IMG/VR virus record: IMGVR_UViG_3300038415_000014
Coordinates: 1 to 64,000 of that record
Length of the DNA stretch: 64,000 nt
Reading direction: 5' to 3' (one strand)
Origin: a virus
The notes beneath the pieces are model-generated. The model saw only the letters and a list, made by a program, of their open reading frames with translations. It searched no databases and was not told the origin of the DNA. This document shows positions 16,659 to 26,245 of this stretch, in pieces. Position 1 is the stretch's first letter, and every line of letters begins with the position of its first letter. Both the position numbers and the translations under genes were made by a program.

Positions 16659-19651
16659 TAGGTGGCCCTCTGAACATACCCCAGGTTGTACAGGTCCATG
16701 TCTCTCTCAAACCACCATTGGTTTACTGTCACCTTCATCTCCGGACCAATGAGAACCTCTCCAGACCCACTATCCACTAGCTGCAAGACTGGACCCGTTG
16801 GGTCAAAGCACTTCTGGCAAAGGCCGGTCACTTCTCTGACTGTTCTTCTGGTCAGGTTGTAACTCATCAGGTAGACCGTAAGCACCTCGGTTTTACCATT
16901 GATTTTCCCATTAGTTGGTGGGACCGACGCGCGAGGGGGTTGGGTACTAGGCTGAGTTTCTTTTTTAGGCTCGACCTTCTGAGTTTCTTTCTGAGGTGGT
17001 TCCTTCTGAGGCTCGACCTTCGGGGGTGGTGGCGGGTCGCCCGCAGGCGGTGACCCCTTGGGTTCATCAGGCTTAGTCCCAGCCTTCATGTAGTCTGGTA
17101 CCAAAATATCCTTAAGCCAAGGGGGTGGCGCTTGATAATACCGGTCACCGACTTTGATGTCAGTTTCCTTGGGCTTCTTACCTGACTCTGGAACATACCC
17201 CTTCATGATCTTGTGGTAGTCATACTTCGGGTCCCAATGAGCATCAATCAGAGGCTCGACCTCTAGCTGTACCTTCCACTTCATCATCCTACCGGGATCA
17301 GTCATAATGCGCTCGATAGCGGGCATGACCTCCATGAGCATCTCGTGTTTGACCTCGAACACAATTTCATCGTGCACGGTCAACATAAAGCGAGCCTTAG
17401 GATCATCTCCTTGAATCCACCCTTGCTTGGAGAATTCCTTGTAGAGCATCACCATGGCCATCTTCATGATGTCTGCGCCACTACCTTGGATCGGGTAGTT
17501 CAGAGAGTAACGCTCGCACGCGGCTACTACAGCCTTGTCAGGTGAGTCTACATCAGGGACGGCCATCCACCGACCAAAGGCTGTGTAGACACCCTTGTGC
17601 TTCCTGACTGAAGCCTTCTGCTTCTTGACCCACTCCGAGAAGACAGGCATAGCCTTGTCGAAGTTGGCTTTCCTTCGAGCGGCTTCCTGCTGGCTACACT
17701 TGGTGGCTCTCATGATCGCCATGGTACCGCCGCCATACACGAGGGAGAAGTTAGCCATCTTGCCCTGTTGGCGCTGCTGCTTCGTGATCTCATTGCCAAA
17801 GAAGGCCTTGGCAGTAATCGTGTGCAGGTCCCCAGAGCCTTCGTTGAACTCCTTGATCCATACCGGTTCACCAGAGAGGTTGGTGACGATGCGAAGCTCC
17901 TCGCCAGCGAAGTCCACCTTGACCATCGTGTAACCCGGTCGAGCTACGAAGGCCTTGCGCAAAGCCGTCGCTACCTTTGGCTTCTTGTCGTCGTAAGTAG
18001 ACGGTATCCCATGGATTGGTATCCCACCATACCCGTGAGCCGGATCCCCCGACGGGGCAGTGAAGCGCCCAGTAGGAGCCCCAGTCTGCTTGAACTGATA
18101 TCGAAGTTCGGAATTAGCATCACAGTTGTTGAGCATCCCTGTTAGGTAGGTTCCGATGACCTTCTCTACCTGACGGAACTTCACAATGGTGATGAGGATT
18201 GGGTTGATGTCTGGGTTGTTCTCGACCAACTTCTCCAGGGTATCAGCGTCGGTCTTGTATTGATTCCTGAGCTCGTTCTTGGTCTTTTCTGGCTTGGGGG
18301 TGATGTTGAGCCCCGCGGGACTAGCAAACAAGAAGTCACTGAGCTGCTGGGTTGATTGAGGATCAAAGTTGTTGAACCCTTTCTGCACAGCTAGAGCGAC
18401 AATCTGAGTGCGGTATTCATCTGCTTCTTTTCTAGCATCATCGAATAGCTTTCGAACGTAGTCATGATCGATCTTGATACGATTGCGCTCCATCCATCGA
18501 AGCACCTGCACGACTTGTTTCTCGATTCGATAGACCCCGGCATACTTTGGGTCCTTGATGGCTGATTGAATGGCTGGGTCCTCACAATGCAAATAGGTGC
18601 AAATAGCATCCGAGCATGCATAGTACCGAGCCTCTTCGGGGTCCAAGGAGGCAAAGTCGATAGGACGACCTCGCATGAACAACTCCTTCAGCTCAATCAT
18701 CTCATAGGCAATTGGAACCCCCGTTGGTGATTCCCTCACGAGCTCATGTTTTGCGTTCTTGGGGTCACGTTCGATGACCCCAAGAACAAGGTTCCCATCC
18801 CGCTTGACGGTTAGCTTCTTGTAGCTCTTGTCCTTGAGCCCAAGGTTCTTGTCATTCGTGTAGATGCAGTAGTAAACAAGCATTCCATCTTCGAATGACT
18901 CAGGATGCCAAAAGTCGATCCCGGTGACTGGTAGCAGGAATTCCTGGTCAAACTTGGCATGCCAGAAGAATAGCTTGACCTTGGCCTTTTCAATCAAAGG
19001 GCTCGCCAGAGGGTCGATAACCATCCCCTCTGGCTTGATGACTGGTTGGGCCGCTTTACACAGCCTCTTGATGATCTTACCAACAGCGATGGGGTCTACA
19101 TTCTTCGAAACTTCATTGTGACGTACTGGGACATAGTATCCAGTATGCCCATCTGGGCTCAAGCAGTAGCCTACGATCTTGTGGACGGTTTGGGCTACCC
19201 TAGCCGGGCGGGGGCCATCCCAGTACTCCTCAATTGGCCCCCGAATGGTACTAGGATCTCTCATGTAGATTCGGTTATCTAGCCCTTGGGTTTCCAAGTC
19301 TAGGGAGCACATGCCAGTCTTGAACGCTTGCTTGACAACCTCTTCGAGTTCCTCAACTGTCTTGATGATCACGAATTCGTGATAGTGCATCCACGCTTTG
19401 AAGATGTCCGTGAGTTGGGGCTCGACGGTAGTCCCCATGCTATCCATGATCGCCTCAGGATCTAGGTACTCCTCCCCATCGTCATTCTCATCAAGGTTGA
19501 ACCTTGTCGTAGGTGCTGCAGGAGATTCGCTCGGTAACTCAGGGGGGGTATCGTCCTCTTCCTCGACGACGGGCTTGGACACAGGCTTAGGTGGTCCTTC
19601 TAGATCAGATAGGATCTCACTTAGATCAAGGTCAGTATCAATGTCTGGCAT
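16658..19651 (-). CDS. polA: Family A DNA polymerase (3'-5' exonuclease plus polymerase; no 5' nuclease domain)
   Basis: ExoI SLDLETQG, ExoII HAKFDQEFL, ExoIII YACSDA; motif A VKVDFAGEELRI, motif B RQQGKMANFSLVYG, motif C LTVHDEIVFE. ATG at 19651 preferred. Confidence 0.97.
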   Translation of the reverse strand: MPDIDTDLDLSEILSDLEGPPKPVSKPVVEEEDDTPPELPSESPAAPTTRFNLDENDDGEEYLDPEAIMDSMGTTVEPQLTDIFKAWMHYHEFVIIKTVEELEEVVKQAFKTGMCSLDLETQGLDNRIYMRDPSTIRGPIEEYWDGPRPARVAQTVHKIVGYCLSPDGHTGYYVPVRHNEVSKNVDPIAVGKIIKRLCKAAQPVIKPEGMVIDPLASPLIEKAKVKLFFWHAKFDQEFLLPVTGIDFWHPESFEDGMLVYYCIYTNDKNLGLKDKSYKKLTVKRDGNLVLGVIERDPKNAKHELVRESPTGVPIAYEMIELKELFMRGRPIDFASLDPEEARYYACSDAICTYLHCEDPAIQSAIKDPKYAGVYRIEKQVVQVLRWMERNRIKIDHDYVRKLFDDARKEADEYRTQIVALAVQKGFNNFDPQSTQQLSDFLFASPAGLNITPKPEKTKNELRNQYKTDADTLEKLVENNPDINPILITIVKFRQVEKVIGTYLTGMLNNCDANSELRYQFKQTGAPTGRFTAPSGDPAHGYGGIPIHGIPSTYDDKKPKVATALRKAFVARPGYTMVKVDFAGEELRIVTNLSGEPVWIKEFNEGSGDLHTITAKAFFGNEITKQQRQQGKMANFSLVYGGGTMAIMRATKCSQQEAARRKANFDKAMPVFSEWVKKQKASVRKHKGVYTAFGRWMAVPDVDSPDKAVVAACERYSLNYPIQGSGADIMKMAMVMLYKEFSKQGWIQGDDPKARFMLTVHDEIVFEVKHEMLMEVMPAIERIMTDPGRMMKWKVQLEVEPLIDAHWDPKYDYHKIMKGYVPESGKKPKETDIKVGDRYYQAPPPWLKDILVPDYMKAGTKPDEPKGSPPAGDPPPPPKVEPQKEPPQKETQKVEPKKETQPSTQPPRASVPPTNGKINGKTEVLTVYLMSYNLTRRTVREVTGLCQKCFDPTGPVLQLVDSGSGEVLIGPEMKVTVNQWWFERDMDLYNLGYVQRAT

Positions 19652-19653
19652 AA

Positions 19654-20085
19654 CTACTCCGCCTCTGGGTGAACGACCACAACTAGATACACCCCCTCGC
19701 GCCACATCCGGACGAGCAACCCAGCAAGTCTCCGTGCTTCGAGATCTTCAATACCCGCTGGTTCAAAGCAGATAGGCATCTTCTTTACCAAGGGTAAACA
19801 CTCCTTCTTACGATAGAAGGGACAGATAACTCGCTTGTCGCAAAGGGAGTTAGGTAGCTTTCGCAGAGCCCCCTCAGGAGGGAGTCCCAACGACTTGATG
19901 AAGGGTCGCGTGAGCCCCTTGAGTGCATGATCCATCATCTCCTGGGTAACTACTGTCAACAATGAGGTGATGGTCTCCCCTTGCAGGGGCTTCCATTCCT
20001 CTTCCCACTCACTCCCGTACTGGTAAATCAAGTAAAGTTCTAGGTCACCCATCTCGTGGGTCTTGAGCTTAAGCTGGCGTGACAC
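19654..20085 (-). CDS. Hypothetical protein, 143 aa, Cys cluster
   Basis: CDKRVICPFYRKKEC...MPICF; tiles between the Zn-finger gene and polA. Confidence 0.75.
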   Translation of the reverse strand: MSRQLKLKTHEMGDLELYLIYQYGSEWEEEWKPLQGETITSLLTVVTQEMMDHALKGLTRPFIKSLGLPPEGALRKLPNSLCDKRVICPFYRKKECLPLVKKMPICFEPAGIEDLEARRLAGLLVRMWREGVYLVVVVHPEAE

Positions 20086-20755
20086 GTACCTTTTCGCCGA
20101 TCTTGTCGAGGATCTTCCTGATTACAGACTTGGCCTCTGAAGCCTTATATTCTTGGCTTCCTGGAAATATGGGCAGCCTTTTCTCGATCCGATAGTACAC
20201 TCGATCTAGGCATTGACACACAATCAAAAAACCATCCAACTTGAAGTATGGCTTAGAGTCATGGATCCGTCGCTCACACACTCCTAGTAAGTCCTGAATT
20301 TCTAGATCTTCCTCTGAGGGGCCGCGAGGTGCTTGGTCGAAATCAAAGTCCTCCACTCTGTAAGGTGGCTCCAGTGACTCCAAACCAAAGGTCTCTTCCA
20401 AACCACGAAGTACCTGACCGAACCTCATCTCTGGGTTACCCTGGAATAGCTTGTAGAGTTCAAAAATGTCCCATCCCTTTCCACCACAAGCAAAGCAATA
20501 GAGGTGGGACGGCCTTCGACTGCTGGCGGGGTACACCTTTGCTGACGGGTTTGAGTCATTGTGAAACGGGCATGGAAACTGCTCTTCCCGATCAGATCCA
20601 CCAAACTTCAGACTAACCCCAAAGTGTCGCAAGACATCATGTGCGCTGACCTTATCAGTCAGCGCTTCTTTTCGCTTGTTTAGCCAATCAAGGACAGCTG
20701 GATTGAGGTTAGTCCCTAGTTTACGAGCACCGGGCGGGTCAGAAGATCTTGGCAT
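20069..20755 (-). CDS. Stand-alone CHC2 zinc-finger protein (DnaG primase Zn-binding domain-like)
   Basis: CPFHNDSNPS...YCFACGGKGWDIF; no TOPRIM motifs in the remainder. Confidence 0.85.
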   Translation of the reverse strand: MPRSSDPPGARKLGTNLNPAVLDWLNKRKEALTDKVSAHDVLRHFGVSLKFGGSDREEQFPCPFHNDSNPSAKVYPASSRRPSHLYCFACGGKGWDIFELYKLFQGNPEMRFGQVLRGLEETFGLESLEPPYRVEDFDFDQAPRGPSEEDLEIQDLLGVCERRIHDSKPYFKLDGFLIVCQCLDRVYYRIEKRLPIFPGSQEYKASEAKSVIRKILDKIGEKVRVTPA

Positions 20756-20757
20756 AA

Positions 20758-22227
20758 TTACACCTGGAACATTGAATCGGTACCAATACCTTGGGCTAAG
20801 GCTAGGTCATCAATTGAAATACCTTGGTCACTAGCCCCATGGAATGTCTCAAAGTTAGTGATCCGCTTAGTACCCCAATTCACATTTGCCTTGAAAGGTT
20901 GGAATGGTTTGCCATCCCGTCTCTTGAGGCAGTCGAATAGCACGGTTCCTTCCTTCCGATATTCCTCGTTCAAGTACGTAGTGGTCACCACGTCGGCGGA
21001 CCGCTCACACTCGTTGGCATAGCTCAAGGCTCTGAGCTTGTAGCGACCCTCATTCTTGTCCGCATTATCCTTGCCGTCACGGTTGATCTGGAAGAGCACC
21101 AAGACTGGGATCTTCTCCCCATGATTGAAGTGGAGGGCTAGCTTCTTGGTATCTCGCAGGACTGAGTTCAATTCAATTGTGTAGTCCTTGTTGCGCTTCC
21201 TCCGACGAGGTTCCACAAGACCACCGTGGTCAATGATCAAGAGGTGGATCTCCTCGTCTTGATGCTTCAACTCGGCGTATTGTTGAATGTCATCCGTGGT
21301 GACATCTTCTTCTGGGCTCCAGGTAAGGAAGTTCCCATAGGTCTCATTCTCGTTGAAATCCTTGATGACTAGCTGGTAGAAGTCCTCTTCCTCTTTGGTG
21401 AGGTCGCCAGACTTGACCTTGTCATAGTCAAGGGGCTTGTAGCCTTGGGCCTTCCAAATACCATTGGAAGAATGCATCACGTAGATCATCTTCCGGAGTT
21501 GCTCATAAGGCATCTCAAGAGTCACATAGAGAACACTGCTCTTGTACCGAGTAACCAAGTTATAGGCCCAGTTCAGAGCAAAGGTGGTTTTGAGTTCACC
21601 TACGAAAGCAGCGTGAACCCACATCTCACCTTTCTTGATGCCTTTGACTTCTGCGTCGATGCCATTGATACCACTGAACTTGCCCCAGACGTTACCCTTG
21701 TTCATCTTGGCATCGAGGTACTCATCCCAAACCTCTTGCCCATCGTTTCGAATGTCACCATCGATTCTAGAGTTGTGTTCGTAGACTAGCAGACGATGAG
21801 TGTTGCGCGCGAAGTGCAACACTCCGTCTCGAAGCCCGCGCAAGGTCTCTTCCTCGATGATGAGCCCCTTGGTTATGATCTCCTGAGACTCCTTGAGAAT
21901 CGTGATAGCTCGAACCCGGTTCTGCTCTTCAAGGGTCTCGTGAAGCAGGTGAGTGAAGTTCGTGCGGCTGTAGGGAGATACTACCTCATGGTCACTAACT
22001 CGTTCGATACACTCTTGATCCTTGCGGGCCTCAAAGTGGTCAACAATGGTCTGCTTCGAAGGAAGCTCCATCCGTTGGTGGAAGTACTCCCTCAGAAAAG
22101 TGTAGATTCGCTTGTCCGCCGGATGCGGCCACTCAAGACGGGACTGAGTGAGCTTCTGGAAGTTAGCAATCAGGTTTTCCTGAGTGATCCCACCATAATC
22201 GATGACCGATCTGAGTAGGCCCTTCAT
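20758..22227 (-). CDS. dnaB: DnaB-like replicative helicase with atypical P-loop
   Basis: H1 AAFVGELKTT, H1a LYVTLEM, H2 LLIIDHGGL, H3 LFQINR, H4 LSYANECERSAD, arginine finger KRRDG. Confidence 0.85.
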   Translation of the reverse strand: MKGLLRSVIDYGGITQENLIANFQKLTQSRLEWPHPADKRIYTFLREYFHQRMELPSKQTIVDHFEARKDQECIERVSDHEVVSPYSRTNFTHLLHETLEEQNRVRAITILKESQEIITKGLIIEEETLRGLRDGVLHFARNTHRLLVYEHNSRIDGDIRNDGQEVWDEYLDAKMNKGNVWGKFSGINGIDAEVKGIKKGEMWVHAAFVGELKTTFALNWAYNLVTRYKSSVLYVTLEMPYEQLRKMIYVMHSSNGIWKAQGYKPLDYDKVKSGDLTKEEEDFYQLVIKDFNENETYGNFLTWSPEEDVTTDDIQQYAELKHQDEEIHLLIIDHGGLVEPRRRKRNKDYTIELNSVLRDTKKLALHFNHGEKIPVLVLFQINRDGKDNADKNEGRYKLRALSYANECERSADVVTTTYLNEEYRKEGTVLFDCLKRRDGKPFQPFKANVNWGTKRITNFETFHGASDQGISIDDLALAQGIGTDSMFQV

Positions 22228-23078
22228 CGGAAGTTACCTCTTCCGCGACGTGGACGATTTGAGTCTGTTACTAGGTTCATGTTCACTGATGAGCTTGCAG
22301 TTGCTTGAATAGCTGGCTCTGGCATTACAAATGGTCTAGGATTTCTAGGAGCGGGGGCTTCGTCCAAACTAATCCCCTCCTCTTCTTCTTGTGGAGCCCC
22401 TTCGATCCCTCGGGGGACTATGGGTCGAGTGTCATGTGGATCAATGAGGTCTACGACCTGGTAATGGTCCCGAATCTCCCTTGCTGACTCAGGACTGTAT
22501 GAGAAATGACCCTCACCAAAGATACTGTTGGGCTCCTCTACAATCCAGGTAGGCTTACTTGCCATCCTTCTCAGAACCAAAGATTCAAGAAGGATCCCGG
22601 GCATAGCTCTGTTTCGGTGGCCCAATCCACCCAAACGAATGACCACTAACTCGCGATCTCCACCTATAAAGTCAGCTAATCCATTGTAGGTAGGGATCTC
22701 ATCCCTGCGCTGCCGGCTTCTCGCGTTATACGCCCGAGACCCGACATACACATCCCGTAGCTCAGCATCGTTGGTAACCCGAAACGGAAACATCAGGTTC
22801 TGAAGCATCCGATAGGTCAGAACTAAGAGCAGGTGCGGTGCTAAGTCCCCCCACCTGCTCTTGATGAACAGATTCTCGGTGGTAAGGTCAACCACCACCT
22901 CGCCAGGCTTACCTATGTGAAGTAATGGAGAGGTCAGAATAGGCTCTGCCCCAGCAATATCCGGGGGTAGCCTCTTTTGGCAATCAGCCCTGAAGCTACA
23001 AGCACATTGTCTAGTGCTCCCGTGCTCGTCAGTCTCTATTTTACCGTCAGGGTTATTGCAAATGGAGCAACCGGGCAT
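22224..23078 (-). CDS. DnaC/IstB-like helicase-loader homolog, apparently catalytically degenerate
   Basis: N-terminal CSIC...QCAC Zn ribbon. ELVVIRLGG...ILLESLVLRRMASKPTWIV matches the loader C-terminal layout, but there is no GKT and no Walker B Asp residues. Directly upstream of dnaB. Confidence 0.55.
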   Translation of the reverse strand: MPGCSICNNPDGKIETDEHGSTRQCACSFRADCQKRLPPDIAGAEPILTSPLLHIGKPGEVVVDLTTENLFIKSRWGDLAPHLLLVLTYRMLQNLMFPFRVTNDAELRDVYVGSRAYNARSRQRRDEIPTYNGLADFIGGDRELVVIRLGGLGHRNRAMPGILLESLVLRRMASKPTWIVEEPNSIFGEGHFSYSPESAREIRDHYQVVDLIDPHDTRPIVPRGIEGAPQEEEEGISLDEAPAPRNPRPFVMPEPAIQATASSSVNMNLVTDSNRPRRGRGNFR

Positions 23079-23090
23079 CGTCCAGGGTAC

Positions 23091-23096
23091 TACACC
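23091..23096 (-). promoter_or_regulatory. GGTGTA upstream element (loader-like gene)
   Basis: GCGGTGTAGTAC, 12 nt before the ATG at 23078. Confidence 0.5.
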
Positions 23097-23103
23097 GCTG
23101 GGG

Positions 23104-24837
23104 TCACTTATTCACACTTTCGCGTAGAGCATTGATTAATTCGCGAACATCATCCTCGTGGCGGTCGAACTTGAGAGCGCCCACGGCTGCCTCACCAATC
23201 ACTTGGTCAATCAAACCCTTCTTTTTTCGTAGTTTTTGAATTACCTTGTGATCAATGGTCTCAGTCTTCTTGCCCTGACCTGGGCGCTTAGCCAGTAAAT
23301 GAATGGCCAAAACGGCTTGGTGCGGGGATCCAATTCGAATCATTCTACCCAGGAGTTGAACATATCTACCCCACGACCACGGGGTATCGAAGAATACCAT
23401 TGCTGCAGCAGCTTGAAGGTTGATGGACTCGCTGCCAGCATCCGTGATGATTATCACCTTGATGTTGCTCTCTGGGTCTTGGAACTTGTCCTGAGCAGCC
23501 TTGCGTGCACTCGCTTTGGTTACATCCCCCGAGATAACTACGCTCTTGACCCCTTCTTTGGTCAAGATTGCTTGTAATCTTGGTATGTGGCTCTTGAACC
23601 TCGTGTAAACAATGACCTTCTCATCATTGAGTTCCTCAGTCAAGAGAGAGACTAAGGCTGTCTCTTTAGAGCTTCGACCCTCCGTGGCAGTCACTGGTTT
23701 ATCGAATGCATCCTCACCAAACTTCACGAGACTGAGGGAGTTGCAGACTTCTTGCATGTAGATCAAGGAGGTCATCTGCTTGGTCTCTTCGTAGTTCTTG
23801 ATCTCTCCGGTACCAAGCTCAAATACCCCGCTAAGAGCCTCAGAATACTTACGGTCTTCAGCACTAGAGAGCTCGCAGATGATCTCTCGTGTTGTCAACG
23901 CTGGAAGTTCATTCGAGACCAGGTGCTTTGGGCGCCCATAGAAAAATGGGTCGATGGTCTCTCGGAAGTGAGCAAGATTCTTGTAGCCTACGATGATTGG
24001 GATCTTCCCGCCACCCTTGACCCTCTGCAGCTCAGTCACACAGTATGTGTTGAGGAATGAGTTCTTCGTCCCGAACGTCTGGGACCGAATGACCTTGTAG
24101 ATCCCGAACCCTTCAATCAGATGATTCTGAAGGAGGGTAGCAGTCAAGCCCCACACTCTCTTGGCGCGGTCAGCCAGAAACTTGCAAGTCTGATGGGTCT
24201 TTGTAGTTGGGTTCTTGCACGCCTGAATCTCATCGAAGATCACTGAGAGCTTGGAGATCTTCGATGTCAACTCGTCAAGGTAGCCTCGGCCGGCGATGAC
24301 CACGGTCCCCTTCTTTGCCCCTGGGGGTGGGTCAGCCTTGGTCACTCCCTGATCCCAATCTCGAACTACCCCATGGTAATTGACTATGAGTACCGAGGGT
24401 CCAACATGTTTGGACCAATTGTTGTAGGCAGCCTTACGTTGGGTGTAGTCCCCTACCGCTTGGAACGTATTAACACCTAGGGCAAACCTGTCGAACTCCG
24501 ATGCCCATTGCCCTATAGAGGACTTCGGGCAGATGACTATGACCTTGACCTCGGGGTCTCGTTCCCAGATGTAGCAGAGGGCTCCAATGGCCTGCAACGT
24601 CTTGCCCAACCCGGTACCGTCACCGAGAACCATCCGGTTCATGGTCAACAGGTGATAGATCCCCTGGACCTGATAATACCGAATCTTCAGGGGTTCCATA
24701 GTTCCATCGAACCCACGGATCTCTTCGCGCAATAGAGCTGTAGGCTTGATCTCGACAGTCGTACTTGCCCTGACCTTCTTCAGGTGCTCATACGTTCTAT
24801 CGTACTTCTCTTTCTCAGCCGTGGACTCTTTGGGCAT
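23104..24837 (-). CDS. SNF2-family helicase/translocase
   Basis: RYYQVQG, GDGTGLGKT, IFDEIQACKN, WGLTATLLQN, AGSESINLQAA, QLLGRMIRIG. Confidence 0.93.
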   Translation of the reverse strand: MPKESTAEKEKYDRTYEHLKKVRASTTVEIKPTALLREEIRGFDGTMEPLKIRYYQVQGIYHLLTMNRMVLGDGTGLGKTLQAIGALCYIWERDPEVKVIVICPKSSIGQWASEFDRFALGVNTFQAVGDYTQRKAAYNNWSKHVGPSVLIVNYHGVVRDWDQGVTKADPPPGAKKGTVVIAGRGYLDELTSKISKLSVIFDEIQACKNPTTKTHQTCKFLADRAKRVWGLTATLLQNHLIEGFGIYKVIRSQTFGTKNSFLNTYCVTELQRVKGGGKIPIIVGYKNLAHFRETIDPFFYGRPKHLVSNELPALTTREIICELSSAEDRKYSEALSGVFELGTGEIKNYEETKQMTSLIYMQEVCNSLSLVKFGEDAFDKPVTATEGRSSKETALVSLLTEELNDEKVIVYTRFKSHIPRLQAILTKEGVKSVVISGDVTKASARKAAQDKFQDPESNIKVIIITDAGSESINLQAAAAMVFFDTPWSWGRYVQLLGRMIRIGSPHQAVLAIHLLAKRPGQGKKTETIDHKVIQKLRKKKGLIDQVIGEAAVGALKFDRHEDDVRELINALRESVNK

Positions 24838-24847
24838 CGATGCTTAG

Positions 24848-24853
24848 TACACC
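24848..24853 (-). promoter_or_regulatory. GGTGTA upstream element (SNF2)
   Basis: CCGGTGTACTAA, 10 nt before the ATG at 24837. Confidence 0.5.
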
Positions 24854-24866
24854 GGAGTCACACCTA

Positions 24867-25772
24867 TTAGGTGGCCCGAGCAAATAGTGACTTCTGGCCA
24901 GTCCACTTGGCTTGAAGCTTGGCTCGATAGTCACCCCACTTCTTGCCAAATTCAAGATGAAGCTTGAGAAGTTCATCGACTGACTTAGCCATGGTGTTCA
25001 CACACAAGTCTATGTCGACACAGTCTTCAAAACCATCGGGGGCCAGGTCTAGTCCAATAGCATTGTGACGGATCAGATCCGTTAGGTCATGAGATTGCTT
25101 GGAAAACTCCCTCTGAGCTTTAGCATAGGTCTCATACTCGGGAGTTGTGCTGAAGCCACTGGAGAATGGCTCAGCACTGATCCATCCACCGTCACGCACA
25201 TGCGACTCTATTTTGAGGCAATCATCTGCTACTGCCTCACGCCAGTCATCACAGGCGGAACGAACTGCCTCCAGGGAGGGTGCAACTACCCTCGTTATGT
25301 ACTGCTGTACTAGCGCCGGCTTAAGAATCGCCGTTCCAGCCCCTGAGGATCTAAGAGCCTTCGCACCCAAACTGACTAGGACTTTTCCAGCCTTACCCAT
25401 CGGAGTTGACAACTCTTTGACCGCGCAATAGGCTCGCAGAGGGTGACCCTTCTGAGCAACCTTAACCAAGTTGCTGAGCTGAGTATGAAACCCCTTGATC
25501 CCCTTGATGTCCACACCAAAGGCTTCTAGTTTCCCTGGGATCTCAGCAACCGTAGCGGCAAAGTCACTCAAGGCAGACCGAGCCAAAGATGTGCTCCTTG
25601 TGGAAACCGTCTTCAAGCCACCTACGAGGGCATCCGCCGACTTGATTGACTGAATAGCCTCAGGGTATTCGTTTACGTCTGCTTTCCTGGAATGAGAAGC
25701 AAAACGAACTTTGACACGAGCGGCTATGAGCTGATCAAGAGGGCTCAGGTTTGGATCCATAGCTACATGCAA
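24867..25772 (-). CDS. Hypothetical protein, about 300 aa, N-terminal tag (IAARVKVRF)
   Basis: Long ORF whose tag is followed by RKA. Confidence 0.8.
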   Translation of the reverse strand: MHVAMDPNLSPLDQLIAARVKVRFASHSRKADVNEYPEAIQSIKSADALVGGLKTVSTRSTSLARSALSDFAATVAEIPGKLEAFGVDIKGIKGFHTQLSNLVKVAQKGHPLRAYCAVKELSTPMGKAGKVLVSLGAKALRSSGAGTAILKPALVQQYITRVVAPSLEAVRSACDDWREAVADDCLKIESHVRDGGWISAEPFSSGFSTTPEYETYAKAQREFSKQSHDLTDLIRHNAIGLDLAPDGFEDCVDIDLCVNTMAKSVDELLKLHLEFGKKWGDYRAKLQAKWTGQKSLFARAT

Positions 25773-25791
25773 ACCATTAGAACATTATGCA

Positions 25792-25823
25792 AGGGGTAAC
25801 CCAGACTCATCCGAGTTACCCCT
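25792..25823 (-). terminator. Intergenic hairpin (possible terminator or RNA-processing site)
   Basis: AGGGGTAAC / GTTACCCCT inverted repeat, extendable with G-U pairs on the minus strand, 11 nt after the stop at 25835. No clear U-tract. Confidence 0.4.
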
Positions 25824-25834
25824 CACAAGCCAAA

Positions 25835-26245
25835 CTACTTTTTGGCTGGGACGGCTGCCGGAGCCGGTGCTGCTGAAGTTACAGGAGCCGGTGGTGGGGC
25901 AGCCTGGGCTGCCGGTGGGACCACTGCTTCGACTGCCGGAGCCGGTGCTGCAGGAGCCGGAAGCTTAACTGAGGCCATACTCGTAATACGAGACTCGGTC
26001 TTGGCCTTCGCTTGCTCCGTGGGCAAGGACTGGAAGTCATTCACTACAGCCGGGATGGCGCAGATGAGGGACACCACATCACTGATGGCTTGGCCCCAAC
26101 CAGGGACCAGCGCACTGATGATTGGGTCAGCGGTCATTGCCGTGACACAAGCGTCATGGGCTACGTCGGAGGGGGTAGTCGAACCCTTGCAACCATTAAG
26201 CAGCAGGAGGGGGAGGAGTGATAGGGTCAGTAACTTTCTCATCAA
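25835..26245 (-). CDS. Putative lipoprotein with Pro/Ala-rich tail
   Basis: Signal peptide MMRKLLTLSLLPLLL and lipobox LNGC. Confidence 0.75.
   Translation of the reverse strand: MMRKLLTLSLLPLLLLNGCKGSTTPSDVAHDACVTAMTADPIISALVPGWGQAISDVVSLICAIPAVVNDFQSLPTEQAKAKTESRITSMASVKLPAPAAPAPAVEAVVPPAAQAAPPPAPVTSAAPAPAAVPAKK

Noticed and set aside
16658-24837. Inteins in PolA, DnaB or SNF2
   Set aside because: Core motifs are at normal spacing and no C..HN[CST] splice signatures or LAGLIDADG inserts were seen.
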